Numbered from the stretch's first letter, positions 1 to 9,366 are shown. The stretch: 60,818 bases of DNA from a virus (IMGVR_UViG_3300032292_001138:1-60818); one strand, 5' to 3'. Notes: a model not told the origin generated them from the sequence alone. Translations and numbers: made by a program.

Positions 1-11
1 ATATTCCGAAC
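1..11. repeat. Left copy of 11-bp terminal direct repeat ATATTCCGAAC (probable cos overhang)
   Basis: Identical to 60808-60818. Confidence 0.75.
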
Positions 12-87
12 CGCAATTAAATTTTACCCCAAAAATTTCAGGAGAAAGTGGGGCGGATCTGGGAAAATCTCATGAGGTTTTTGGGAA

Positions 88-153
88 TGGCAGAGGCGGG
101 TATCGAACCCGCGCCTTTAGAAGTCTAATGAGCTACCGCTACTCTACTCTGCT
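88..153 (-). tRNA. tRNA-like element (initiator-tRNA-like body) with collapsed anticodon loop
   Basis: Reverse complement folds: acceptor GCAGAG/CTCTGC, D arm GAG..CTC, T arm GCGGG-TTCGATA-CCCGC; anticodon arm TTAGA-CT-TCTAA has only a 2-nt loop. Confidence 0.7.
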
Positions 154-173
154 GGTGGGATGAGGCTGTGAGG

Positions 174-782
174 CTAGACCCGTGCGGTCACGATGCCTGC
201 CCCTTGGTGCTGGTATTTGCGGTTACTGCAATAAGGGGTTTCACATGGCTCACCCTCGAAAAACAGGGCTTGCACGATGCCCTCATTGGCGTAAATGCGA
301 CAGTTGCTATCGCTGAGGTTGGCTAGTTCGAGGGTGAGATGCCCTTCCCAGCCTGATTCACCTGGGGACATGTTTGCAAGGATGCCACAACGGGCATAAG
401 TCGATTTGTTGATGAATAGGGCGGTGATGTTTTTGGGGATTGTCAGGCGTTCGGCGGTGAAGCCTAGGGCGTAGGAATGGGCGGGTAAAACAAAGTATTC
501 GCCGTCTTGATCGCTTTGTAATGGAAGTGGAGCAAGGGTTGATACGTCAAAGCGCTTGGGGTTAATCTCATAGTCAGGGCTGGGGGCACGGAACACCTTG
601 AACTCTAGGTGGGATAGTGTGAGGTCGTAGCCGTAGCTGCTGAGTCCGTAACTGATGACTTTCTTTGATGAGGGGGAATCAATCTGATCGTAGTCGATGC
701 GTCGGACTAGGTGCGGGTGAAACGGGGTGATCATGCCATTGGCGGCGGCGGATCTGATCCATGCGTCGTTTTTGATGGACAT
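174..782 (-). CDS. dcd: dCTP deaminase (trimeric dUTPase superfamily)
   Basis: Motifs SYGLSSYGYD, KSTYARCG, GWEGHLTLE, IYANEGI, RKYQ; start placed at MSIKND. Confidence 0.92.
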   Translation of the reverse strand: MSIKNDAWIRSAAANGMITPFHPHLVRRIDYDQIDSPSSKKVISYGLSSYGYDLTLSHLEFKVFRAPSPDYEINPKRFDVSTLAPLPLQSDQDGEYFVLPAHSYALGFTAERLTIPKNITALFINKSTYARCGILANMSPGESGWEGHLTLELANLSDSNCRIYANEGIVQALFFEGEPCETPYCSNRKYQHQGAGIVTARV

Positions 783-836
783 AGTGATAATGTAGGATTT
801 GGTCTGATAATACAGTTTTTTGAGGCGACAGGAAAT

Positions 837-1196
837 ATGGATACTGCAACCCAAGAGAGGATTTTTCGGTTAGGAGTGCGGCTGTTGAGTCTTACGGGTC
901 AGGCTGAAAGTAATGAAAGGAATCAGTTATTTAATGAAATAGCATTGCTGATGGCTAAACATGCTTATACTTTTTTGGCGATACCTGATCACGCGTGCGA
1001 TGTCCAAAGGGAGTTAACGGTTAAGTGTGGGGTTGCCCCTTGGCATGATAAGTTTAATGAGGGAACGCCCGTGCTTGATGACTTGACACCGGTACTTAAA
1101 GAAATGGTTGTGGGTTGGCGCTACCGTGTGACGGAATTTACTGAGGATGGCGTAATCCACAGCGCATACACCGCGAACCCCGCGACACCCGCTTAG
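837..1196 (+). CDS. hypothetical protein
   Basis: ORF from MDTATQ, divergent from dcd. Confidence 0.55.
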   Translation: MDTATQERIFRLGVRLLSLTGQAESNERNQLFNEIALLMAKHAYTFLAIPDHACDVQRELTVKCGVAPWHDKFNEGTPVLDDLTPVLKEMVVGWRYRVTEFTEDGVIHSAYTANPATPA

Positions 1197-2884
1197 AATA
1201 GCGGCAACTGCGCTGAATCGCGACGTTCGCGGTCTTCGCGGGTGGCGGCGGCGTGGGCAATTCGCGCTGTGGCGATGTCGCAGTATTCGCGGTCTTGCTC
1301 TATGCCAAGGAAGCGGAAACCTTCGAGGATGGCGGCTTTGCCAGTGCTACCGCTGCCAGTGAAAGGATCTAGGATTAGTCCGTTTGGTGGGGTGATTAAG
1401 CGGCATAGGTATTGCATCAGGGCGGTGGGCTTGACGGTGGGATGCATTGACCGTTTGCCATTAAGCCCCTCATCGCGATCTTGTCGGGTGGCTTTAGCGC
1501 AATAGAAAAAACGGGCGGCGGAGCCTTCGCTGGGATCGGCTGTATAGTTACACATTTTGCCTATGCGTGAATGATTCAATGATGTGACGTTTTTAGAGGC
1601 AATACTGTTATTGATGTGAGGCTTCTTTCCGCCACTTTTCTGATACGGGAAAAGGTCTAGAACCTCATCGCTGCCATCATGGATAAAGTTTGCTGGGAAA
1701 CGCCCATTGGTAGGTCTTTCGGCTGTTATTCCCCCTCTGCCATATACATTGCTGTTTTTAGGTAATCCCACGCCACCGCCGCTCGTCCTATCGTCACCAT
1801 CACCTATTCTGCAACCATCAATATTTATCCCACCCGTCCCATACCGCAAAACATTTTGGGCGATTGTGCCGATCAGCGGTTTTCGCGCTACCGTGATCGG
1901 TTCAAAGCTTGGCTTTAGAGCGCTGCCCCAGCCGTCCCATTGTTGCGCTTCAGGGGTGGCGGGTGCGTCAATCGCACGACTTACATTTAAATTTCCAGAA
2001 AACCCGCTTGATTTGCCTTGTGATTGTTCCTTCCAACGTTCACGCCCGTCTGCATCCGCTTTCATTCCCGTGACCTCGCGAATCGCGCCAGCCTCGCGAT
2101 CAATCGCCTTGCTCACGTCATGGGATTTGGGGAATCCGCTGTTACCCGTCGGAAACGCGACACCGTGTCTCACCGCGACAAACGCGCCTGTGGGCACTCG
2201 CAAACACCAGACTTTTCCTGTGTAATGGAATGGCACAACCCGCGCTATCGCTGTCCGGTGACCGCGCCATTCGCGAATCCGCTGTGATCGCGGGTCTGGG
2301 AGTTCGCTTAGTATGGGGATTCGGACCTGTTGCCGCCCTGACAAGGTTTCTGCAAGTGCAAAAGCTTCTTTGCCGTTTTGTTCGACAATAACCCGATGGT
2401 TCTTTGATACAACTTGCACCCCAGCATTACTGATAAGGCGGTAAGCGGTATCGCTGTATTCGTATTCGACAATCTCTAGAATTGGCTGGTAGCTGTATTC
2501 GCCATTAGAGGGGTCGTAGCACAGGACGGTATCGCCCACCTTGGTTTCAGTATGCCGCTTTACGCCCTCACTTGTGACGACTTTGGTTTTCGCGTCTAAG
2601 CAGCCATACACCCACGCGATCACATCGCGAATCTCGAAACCCGCGTCTTCGATGCGTACCGCCATACGGTGCTGGGTTCGCGTCCCCGCGAATGATAAGA
2701 GGTGACCGCCTGGCTTCAGGACTCTTAGGCATTCTTGCCACACCTCAACGGTGGGAACGTCGTAATCCCAGCGTTTGCCCATAAAAGATAGTCCGTAAGG
2801 CGGATCGGTCACTATTGCGTCGACGCTTTCGGGTTGGAGAGTTTTTAGGATTTCGAGGCAGTCGCCATGAATGAGTTCAAACAC
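1193..2884 (-). CDS. DNA N6-adenine/N4-cytosine methyltransferase (beta class) containing a mini-intein
   Basis: TDPPY near N-terminus, HPTVKP, LDPFTGSGSTG near C-terminus; Hint-domain insert. Confidence 0.92.
   Translation of the reverse strand: MFELIHGDCLEILKTLQPESVDAIVTDPPYGLSFMGKRWDYDVPTVEVWQECLRVLKPGGHLLSFAGTRTQHRMAVRIEDAGFEIRDVIAWVYGCLDAKTKVVTSEGVKRHTETKVGDTVLCYDPSNGEYSYQPILEIVEYEYSDTAYRLISNAGVQVVSKNHRVIVEQNGKEAFALAETLSGRQQVRIPILSELPDPRSQRIREWRGHRTAIARVVPFHYTGKVWCLRVPTGAFVAVRHGVAFPTGNSGFPKSHDVSKAIDREAGAIREVTGMKADADGRERWKEQSQGKSSGFSGNLNVSRAIDAPATPEAQQWDGWGSALKPSFEPITVARKPLIGTIAQNVLRYGTGGINIDGCRIGDGDDRTSGGGVGLPKNSNVYGRGGITAERPTNGRFPANFIHDGSDEVLDLFPYQKSGGKKPHINNSIASKNVTSLNHSRIGKMCNYTADPSEGSAARFFYCAKATRQDRDEGLNGKRSMHPTVKPTALMQYLCRLITPPNGLILDPFTGSGSTGKAAILEGFRFLGIEQDREYCDIATARIAHAAATREDRERRDSAQLPLF
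2141..2602 (-). mobile_element. Mini-intein (154 aa, no homing endonuclease)
   Basis: WVYG|CLDAKTKV ... SKNHRV (block B) ... VWCLRV (block F) ... TGN|SGFPKS. Confidence 0.88.
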
Positions 2885-2937
2885 TTGGGGGATGGAGTGA
2901 GATTGTTCGATAACTATTTTAGGTGATTTTAGGCAGT

Positions 2938-2962
2938 AAAAAAGCCCCTGAGAGAGGGGCTT
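2938..2962 (-). terminator. Intrinsic terminator
   Basis: AAAAAGCCCCT-GAGAG-AGGGGCTT hairpin, T tract on minus strand. Confidence 0.6.
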
Positions 2963-3082
2963 CCGTGTGTTATTAGCCGTGCGTTGGTGAGTCGCACCCC
3001 TTAAGAGAGTTAACTAACAAACCAAAAGCTCAGCCCAATTTTGCAGCAAGCCCAGCTTTTGGGCTTTGACCAAGATCCCCGC

Positions 3083-3265
3083 TTAAGTGGCAGCGGTCAA
3101 GTCCAATTGCTTGGACTGTAATTCCGTTACTACATCTAACACGGTCTCAGGATCGACCGATTGCTCAACAACAAACCCGCCAAAATTAGCGGCAAAACTG
3201 CCTTCTGGCAAAGCAAGCGCTTCATCGACAGTGTTCTTTAATGAGTTCCAAATAGCCATAATCAT
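3083..3265 (-). CDS. hypothetical protein
   Basis: ORF coupled to the stop of the upstream gene. Confidence 0.5.
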   Translation of the reverse strand: MIMAIWNSLKNTVDEALALPEGSFAANFGGFVVEQSVDPETVLDVVTELQSKQLDLTAAT

Positions 3266-3501
3266 TAACCTCCAATAATTAACTGTGTGCAGATTGGGCA
3301 AGTATCGGGATTGATCCGCTCTCTTATACCACCCATAATCCCAACGATTTCGTAGGCAGCGCCGCAATGCTTGCAGTCGCTCTCCATCACAGAATCAGTA
3401 CTGCTTGACGCAAACGCTTTGACGACGGAACCATCCGGCAAAGTCCAGTCTGCATAACGAATCGTTTCCCGTTCGCCTATATATCGATGTTTTAATCCCA
3501 T
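3265..3501 (-). CDS. small Zn-ribbon protein
   Basis: CKHC...CPIC. Confidence 0.6.
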   Translation of the reverse strand: MGLKHRYIGERETIRYADWTLPDGSVVKAFASSSTDSVMESDCKHCGAAYEIVGIMGGIRERINPDTCPICTQLIIGG

Positions 3502-3515
3502 TTTTTGCTCCGATA

Positions 3516-3776
3516 TTAATAAATCCCTTCCAACCGATCCGCCACAGCCTTCAGTAATGCAACTAGTCCAAGGTTGTGTTGTAGATGAATTTCGAGTACC
3601 ATCTCTGCATAGAGATCAACCTTTTGGGTTCCAAGATTATGAGCAAGCTGTTCCGTGATAATGGCAGCTAAACCAATAAGCTGCTTTTCTCCGAGGCTGT
3701 TGAAAGATTCCTGCTGGTCTTGATTCGCTGGGAAGCCGTAACTTTCTAGGGGCTTGGGGATGTTTTTTGCAGGCAT
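3516..3776 (-). CDS. hypothetical protein
   Basis: ORF with GAATTAGCGAA leader downstream of a leftward promoter. Confidence 0.65.
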   Translation of the reverse strand: MPAKNIPKPLESYGFPANQDQQESFNSLGEKQLIGLAAIITEQLAHNLGTQKVDLYAEMVLEIHLQHNLGLVALLKAVADRLEGIY

Positions 3777-3801
3777 TTCGCTAATTCAAATCGATAACCT
3801 G

Positions 3802-3887
3802 ACTGTAAAGCCTAAGCTATGCATTTGTCAACCCTAAGAGTGCAATTTATTTGTTTTGCTTGCAAATGTGCATTTAGGGGTTATAAT
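3802..3887. promoter_or_regulatory. Divergent sigma70-like promoters
   Basis: Minus: TTGACA-18-TACAGT (3831-3802); plus: TTGCAA-16-TATAAT (3860-3887). Confidence 0.6.
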
Positions 3888-3913
3888 GCAAACAACGTTT
3901 ACCCTAATGGTCT

Positions 3914-4141
3914 ATGAATCAAATTATGCGTTCACGGTTGGCGGTGCTGATGGCGCAAAAAGACCCGCGATTAAGCCAACGGCGGCTGTCTCGGGATTTG
4001 GCGATAACTCCTGCGAGTATCGCAAACCTGCACAATGCTAGACCGATCTCTCAAGTGTCGGCTGAGGTCACGATCAAGTTGTGCAATTATTTTGGTTGCA
4101 GCCTCAACGATCTGTATGTGATCGAAGAGGCTAGCCCATGA
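3914..4141 (+). CDS. XRE/Cro-CI family HTH regulator
   Basis: SQRRLSRDLAITPASIANL...KLCNYFGCSLNDL. Confidence 0.88.
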   Translation: MNQIMRSRLAVLMAQKDPRLSQRRLSRDLAITPASIANLHNARPISQVSAEVTIKLCNYFGCSLNDLYVIEEASP

Positions 4142-4225
4142 GTCGCTGGGATGATTTTGTGGAGACATTAAGGGATAAATATCCGTTGATGTACCTCCAG
4201 GCAATGCGTAACAAAGAATTAGCGA

Positions 4226-4555
4226 TTGTTGAAACGGACAAAACGAAAAATGGTAAAAATACTGGAAAATCACCCCGCCGACGGTAGTTTTGGCGGAGAT
4301 CTAAAGGCTCTTAACGCAAAAACATCGATCTGCATTACGGTTAGGGTCAGCCTCGAAACCTATCGCGCCCTGGAGCTTGGGGCTGATGCCCGTGACATTC
4401 CCAGGGGCTGGTATAGCCGCCTGTTAATCGAGGATGCGTTACGGCGTAGCTCTGTCATTCCCGAAAACTATCGAGAGGATTGGAGCGATTCCGATGAGGT
4501 TCCAATCAAGAAGAAATCGAAATCAAAAAAGCGTAGGAGCAAAAATGAACCTTAA
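4226..4555 (+). CDS. putative ribbon-helix-helix DNA-binding protein with basic tail
   Basis: ITVRVSLETYRALELGA...SRLLIEDAL; start uncertain. Confidence 0.5.
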   Translation: MLKRTKRKMVKILENHPADGSFGGDLKALNAKTSICITVRVSLETYRALELGADARDIPRGWYSRLLIEDALRRSSVIPENYREDWSDSDEVPIKKKSKSKKRRSKNEP

Positions 4556-4976
4556 AGATTTACGATTTACGGTTTACGGCTGCCCTGTGGGGGCGGTGCG
4601 CACTACGCAAAAGGCGAAATGGAACGAAAACTTTTTGCGGTACAGTCAATACAAAGGGACTGTAGTGAGGGCTTTTTTAGACGCTGGGGGCTGTTGGAGT
4701 TCTCAGGACAATCATAAGCCAATTGCATACGATAACGCTGTTAAGCCAGTGGTATCGATCAAGTGTTATTTTGCAAACGGAAAACATCCTGATTGCAATG
4801 ATGTTTTTGAGACGGTGACGGATGCCCTGTTTGCGAACGATGCTAATGTCGTCGGGTCTATGGACTATGATTATGATCAAGAAAATCCTAGGACACTAGT
4901 CCAGATCCATTATGCCACAGCCCCTAGAATCCCGAAAAAAACACGCCCCCCCAGAGAAAGAGCCGCCCGTAGTTAG
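4545..4976 (+). CDS. rusA: RusA-like Holliday junction resolvase
   Basis: FTVYGCPV, HPDCND...VTDAL..ND..V, NPRTLV. Confidence 0.75.
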   Translation: MNLKDLRFTVYGCPVGAVRTTQKAKWNENFLRYSQYKGTVVRAFLDAGGCWSSQDNHKPIAYDNAVKPVVSIKCYFANGKHPDCNDVFETVTDALFANDANVVGSMDYDYDQENPRTLVQIHYATAPRIPKKTRPPRERAARS

Positions 4977-5343
4977 GGAGGTGGTTCGTTTATCCCTAAT
5001 TGGCGTGAGCATGGGTGAAATTGCGGAAAAAATGAACCTAAGCGATCAAGAGGTATTGCAATACCTCAAGCAAGGGTTGCATCAGTCGATTACGTCCCAA
5101 ATGTCTAAGCAAGAATATCTGCTTCTACAGCTAAAGCGAATTGATTTCCTTCTCAATGGCATCCATTCTCACGTCTCTGATGGAATCCCTGCGGTGGGGC
5201 GGTTATGGCTTCAGGCGGTTGCCCTTGGAAAAGAAATCGCAGTTTCTGAAGAATTGGAATCTGTCTGGAACTCTGAGGGCGAACGCACTGCACAGTTTTT
5301 TGATTTTGCGGATGATTTGATCGAACAGCGTCATGCAAGTTAA
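4912..5343 (+). CDS. HTH-containing protein upstream of terminase
   Basis: GVSMGEIAEKMNLSDQEVLQYL. Confidence 0.6.
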   Translation: MPQPLESRKKHAPPEKEPPVVREVVRLSLIGVSMGEIAEKMNLSDQEVLQYLKQGLHQSITSQMSKQEYLLLQLKRIDFLLNGIHSHVSDGIPAVGRLWLQAVALGKEIAVSEELESVWNSEGERTAQFFDFADDLIEQRHAS

Positions 5344-5891
5344 TGGGAATTAATCGAAAAGTAGTGATAGACGCGGTGGCTAAGGAGTTCCAAATGCCAC
5401 CGACTTTAATTCGCACTTTGTTCGATAAAGGACTTCTGCCCCAAACCAATGATAAATTAGCCATTGCGAAGGCGCTGCTCGCGTATTTCGCGGATAAAGA
5501 ACGCGAACTCACCGCGAAGCGTCGCTTAGTCGAAGAGAGTCCGCAGTATCAAGCGAATTTGCGGCTAACGCGAGAACGCGCCGAACGCCAAGCGCTAGAG
5601 AACGCGGTGATGGCAAAGCAGTTGATTCACGCCGATGCGATGTTGATGGTGTGGAGCAATCTGTTTAGCGTGATGCGACAAAGGCTGTTAGGGCTGCCCG
5701 TCAAAGCGGCAGATCAGATCAAAGAGATGCAATCACGCGATGAGATAGAATTTGCTTTAAAAAGTTATGTAGAAGATGCCCTGAATGAACTTAGCAATAT
5801 CGACCTCAGAGCTACTATCGAAAGAGATCTTTCGGATGAATACGATAGCGACGGCTCAGACAGCGCTGAGGTTTCTGGCTCCACCTCCTAA
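5343..5891 (+). CDS. Terminase small subunit (Nu1-like)
   Basis: RLTRERAERQALEN...LI...RQRLLGLP..A; directly upstream of TerL. Confidence 0.8.
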   Translation: MGINRKVVIDAVAKEFQMPPTLIRTLFDKGLLPQTNDKLAIAKALLAYFADKERELTAKRRLVEESPQYQANLRLTRERAERQALENAVMAKQLIHADAMLMVWSNLFSVMRQRLLGLPVKAADQIKEMQSRDEIEFALKSYVEDALNELSNIDLRATIERDLSDEYDSDGSDSAEVSGSTS

Positions 5892-7731
5892 ACTTTCTAT
5901 CAGTGATTGGGCGGATCAGTTTCGGTTTTTGCCACAGGAATCAACGGCGGAACATGGGCGGTGGCGTACTTCCAGAGTCCCTTACACCAAAGAGCCGATG
6001 GATATGCTCTTGGCTCATAATGTGGATATGGTGGTATTGCAATGGGCATCACAGACCGCTAAAACAGAAGTGTTGCTGAATGTTCTAGGGTATTTTATCC
6101 ATCAGGACCCGTCCCCAATTCTTAAAATCGATCCAATTAGGACGATGGCAGAGAATTTCAGTCAAACCCGCTTGATGCCTACGATTGAGGCTACGCCGGT
6201 ATTGAAAGACTTAATTCTGAACCGTCGGAAACGGGTTAGTAATACGATTTTGCGGAAAACGTTCCCAGGGGGATATTTAGCGATTGTTGGGAGTAATAGT
6301 GCAGCGGATTTGGCATCCCGTCCGGTGCGGATTGTGTTGGCTGATGAGATTGACCGTTACGGATTTAGTGCCGATGGTGAAGGCGATCCGTTAGCACTGG
6401 CTAAGCAAAGGCAGAATACTTTTGCTAATGCGAAAACGGTCTTAGCTTCTACCCCAACCGTAAAGAATCTTAGTCAGATTGAACGAAAGTTTGAAGCTGC
6501 TGACCAGCGGCGCTTTTTTGTGCCCTGTGTGCATTGTGGAACGTGGGATTATCTGAGGTTTGAGAATCTCAGGATTGAGAAGGAAGTAGACAAAACGGTC
6601 TATCAGTGCCCCCATTGCCGAAATTTTATTAATACTGCACAGCGGAACGAAATGCGACAGCTAGGGGTGTGGAGACCGACGGCTACACCAGAGCCAGGCT
6701 TTGAACGGGTCCGGTCTTACCATTTGTCAGCGCTGTATAGCCCTTGGATGAGTTTTGCAAAAATTGCTCAGCTTTATTGGGAGTCAAGGGGGAATAAGGA
6801 AACAGAGCAGGTATTTGTGAATACGGTACTGGCAGAGACTTTTGATGATGTGATTAGTGAAAACCTGACTGTTGAAGATTTGAAGGGTAAAACGGAAACC
6901 TATCGGATGTTGCAAGTACCAGAGGGGGTATGCATCTTGACCGCTGGGGTTGATGTACAGGGGGATCGGCTGGTGTTGGCGGTGTACGGCTGGGGGGAAA
7001 GGGAACAGGCATGGCTGATTTATTATCAGGACTTGTGGGGGAAACCGACGGAGCCGGAATGTTGGGCACAGCTTAAGGAAGTTTTGAATTCGACTTATGC
7101 CCACGCATCGGGTAGGGAATTGCGGATTTATCGGTGTGCAGTGGACTCAGGGGCGTACACCAATGAGGTCTATCAGTTTGTGCGGAATTACCGTAGCCCG
7201 TGGCGGTCTGCTCATAAGGTGGCGATTGCGGTCAAAGGGGCAAGTAAGTTTGACGCGCCTGTTTGTGGCAAGCCAAGCAAAATTGATGTAAACCTCAAGG
7301 GGCAAGCGATCAAGGGTGGGATTTCGTTGTTTTTGGTGGGGGATAATTCGACAAAAACGACGATCTACGGACGGCTCTCACTGCCTCGAAATGATGAGAC
7401 GGTTTTGGGCTGGTTCCACTTCCCGTGTGATGCCCCTGATGTTTACTATGAGCAGCTTTTGGGCGAAGAGAAAAAGTTGATTTTTAATCGTGGCGTACCC
7501 AAGGAAACATGGCGCAAAAAACAGGGGAATAGCGCTGATGCCCTCGATGCGACGCGGTACGCACTGGCAGCGCTATATTCCCTAAATGCCCATCTGCCAA
7601 AATGGAGTTGGGAATCTGCCTTGGATATGGGGACGGTGAAATCAGCAGGTGATGATGCAAAGCCGAAGCGAATATCAAAGGGACATTTTGAGCCGCCAAT
7701 GAGCAAGGATGGCGGAGAGAGTGGCGCTTAG
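5836..7731 (+). CDS. terL: Terminase large subunit, lambda GpA family
   Basis: PPPKLSISDWAD, GRWR, ASQTAKTE (Walker A), DEIDRY (Walker B), STPT, PCxxCG, LTAGVDVQ, DALDATRYA. Confidence 0.95.
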   Translation: MNTIATAQTALRFLAPPPKLSISDWADQFRFLPQESTAEHGRWRTSRVPYTKEPMDMLLAHNVDMVVLQWASQTAKTEVLLNVLGYFIHQDPSPILKIDPIRTMAENFSQTRLMPTIEATPVLKDLILNRRKRVSNTILRKTFPGGYLAIVGSNSAADLASRPVRIVLADEIDRYGFSADGEGDPLALAKQRQNTFANAKTVLASTPTVKNLSQIERKFEAADQRRFFVPCVHCGTWDYLRFENLRIEKEVDKTVYQCPHCRNFINTAQRNEMRQLGVWRPTATPEPGFERVRSYHLSALYSPWMSFAKIAQLYWESRGNKETEQVFVNTVLAETFDDVISENLTVEDLKGKTETYRMLQVPEGVCILTAGVDVQGDRLVLAVYGWGEREQAWLIYYQDLWGKPTEPECWAQLKEVLNSTYAHASGRELRIYRCAVDSGAYTNEVYQFVRNYRSPWRSAHKVAIAVKGASKFDAPVCGKPSKIDVNLKGQAIKGGISLFLVGDNSTKTTIYGRLSLPRNDETVLGWFHFPCDAPDVYYEQLLGEEKKLIFNRGVPKETWRKKQGNSADALDATRYALAALYSLNAHLPKWSWESALDMGTVKSAGDDAKPKRISKGHFEPPMSKDGGESGA

Positions 7732-8655
7732 GGTCCAGTCGTAGCGTTCCTGAAAACGGCGTAATAGTTCTATTGTCCCCTCAGTGATTTCTACGGGGGA
7801 TTTTGCCGATGATACGGGCGGGTAAAATTCAGTGTCGATGCGAGTCAGGGATAGCAGATCTCTGGTAAATTCGTCAAAAGTTAGTCCTAATTCGTTGGCT
7901 CGTGAATAGAATACCTCGGCTAAGGGTTGGGGCACTTTGAGGGTATAGGTGGGGGAATCGGGAACGGTAAGCAGAAAGTCAGAATCTTTGAGGCAATGAC
8001 TGATTAAGCCGCTAGCGGTGTCAATAACAGGGGCGTTTAGGGTCCGTGATAGCCCTTGTAATGCTTTGTAGACCTCACGGCGGGGGATTGTGAAGACTTG
8101 ACGGCTTGCAATGATTGATTCGGCTAAGGGGTAATGGGTGCTAGGGTTTTCTTGGGCGTAGGCAACCATTTCGGCAAAGAGGTCAATCATGGTTAAGCCC
8201 TTGGATTGGGCGGTTTGTTTGAGGGCAGTGTATTCTGCTAAAGGGATTTTGACGGTGGCAAAACCTTCCCTGATTTTCTCTTTTGTGGGGGCGGGGTCGG
8301 CTTCGCTTTTGGAGAGGGTAAAGCAAACCATGAGGATCAAAATCTTTTTCTGATTAGCTTCTAGGGACTGGGAAAAAGCGGCTAATTGATCGAGATTCTG
8401 CAAATGATTAATCTCTAGATTTTCGGCGGTATTATTAGTGGCGATTACCGGTAAAAACGGGCTGAGAAAACTGCTAAATTCGGGATCATTAAGGCAGTGG
8501 TCTATAATATTGTCAAGGATGATATTCGGCTCTTGGTGATGATTTGCGGCAAGATGCGTAATCCATTCATACACCTGAGGGGGAATTGCAATTGTACCGT
8601 GAGCTAACTTAGTGGGATTGTCTTTTGTTTTTTGCATCGTTGTATTTTTCGGCAT
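7675..8655 (-). CDS. Multi-repeat ribbon-helix-helix-like DNA-binding protein
   Basis: About five strand-helix-helix units of pattern T-x-x-I/V-P...Y..L...A...G. Confidence 0.55.
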   Translation of the reverse strand: MPKNTTMQKTKDNPTKLAHGTIAIPPQVYEWITHLAANHHQEPNIILDNIIDHCLNDPEFSSFLSPFLPVIATNNTAENLEINHLQNLDQLAAFSQSLEANQKKILILMVCFTLSKSEADPAPTKEKIREGFATVKIPLAEYTALKQTAQSKGLTMIDLFAEMVAYAQENPSTHYPLAESIIASRQVFTIPRREVYKALQGLSRTLNAPVIDTASGLISHCLKDSDFLLTVPDSPTYTLKVPQPLAEVFYSRANELGLTFDEFTRDLLSLTRIDTEFYPPVSSAKSPVEITEGTIELLRRFQERYDWTLSATLSAILAHWRLKMSL

Positions 8656-8684
8656 GGCAGCGCTAATTAGGGCATGAGGATATT

Positions 8685-9296
8685 ATGAGTGATTTAATTG
8701 GCAATGCTGTAGATGGTATAGCGATTGTGGCAGAGGTGCAGGCTAGACCACCAGAGCCAAGATCTAGCGGTGGGTCTGGTGTTAATGGTATCACAACGGA
8801 CCAGATCACCTCTTGGGGCGGGTTGTTGGTGATAGGGATTTGGGGTGCTAAGGCATTTGCATCAAAGTGGTTGGAATGGCAGTCTAAGGCGGTGGATCAG
8901 CATCTGGAATTGCAGAAAAAAGAACGGACGGTTTCAATTATGTCCGATCAGCAGCAAGAAAACCTGTTTTTGCAGATGGTGAAAGACCAAAATGAGGCTC
9001 AGCAACAGGCTTTACAGACTTACATGCAAGCGTCATTAGATGCCAATAGACAGCTTTTAGAGGCAAATAAACAACTGGTGAGTGAGTTACAGCATGTGGG
9101 AGAGGCGATTAATGCTGTGACCAAAGAGATGGCAGTCCAAGGCTACAAACAGACTGAGCTTTTGCGCCATGTGGAGCGGCTTTCGGCGGTGTGTATGCAT
9201 AATCATCAAGGGGTGACAGACATACAGGCAAAAATGGGGATGCAACCACGCCCGACGGACTGGGATGAGCCGACGGAATTGCTAAATGTGGAATAG
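8685..9296 (+). CDS. membrane protein with coiled coil (possible holin)
   Basis: Hydrophobic WGGLLVIGIWGAKAF followed by Gln-rich coiled coil. Confidence 0.5.
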   Translation: MSDLIGNAVDGIAIVAEVQARPPEPRSSGGSGVNGITTDQITSWGGLLVIGIWGAKAFASKWLEWQSKAVDQHLELQKKERTVSIMSDQQQENLFLQMVKDQNEAQQQALQTYMQASLDANRQLLEANKQLVSELQHVGEAINAVTKEMAVQGYKQTELLRHVERLSAVCMHNHQGVTDIQAKMGMQPRPTDWDEPTELLNVE

Positions 9297-9366
9297 GTGG
9301 GTGGGCATTGGAGGTTTTTGGGATATAATTGGGCTGCCTAAGATAATAGAGATAATAATCGGCATT

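Noticed and set aside
88-153. Functional decoding tRNA or attP site
   Set aside because: No anticodon loop, and no integrase seen to support an att role
1242-2287. Plus-strand ORFs 1242-1505, 1707-2225 and 2024-2287
   Set aside because: Antisense shadows of the methyltransferase with no motifs
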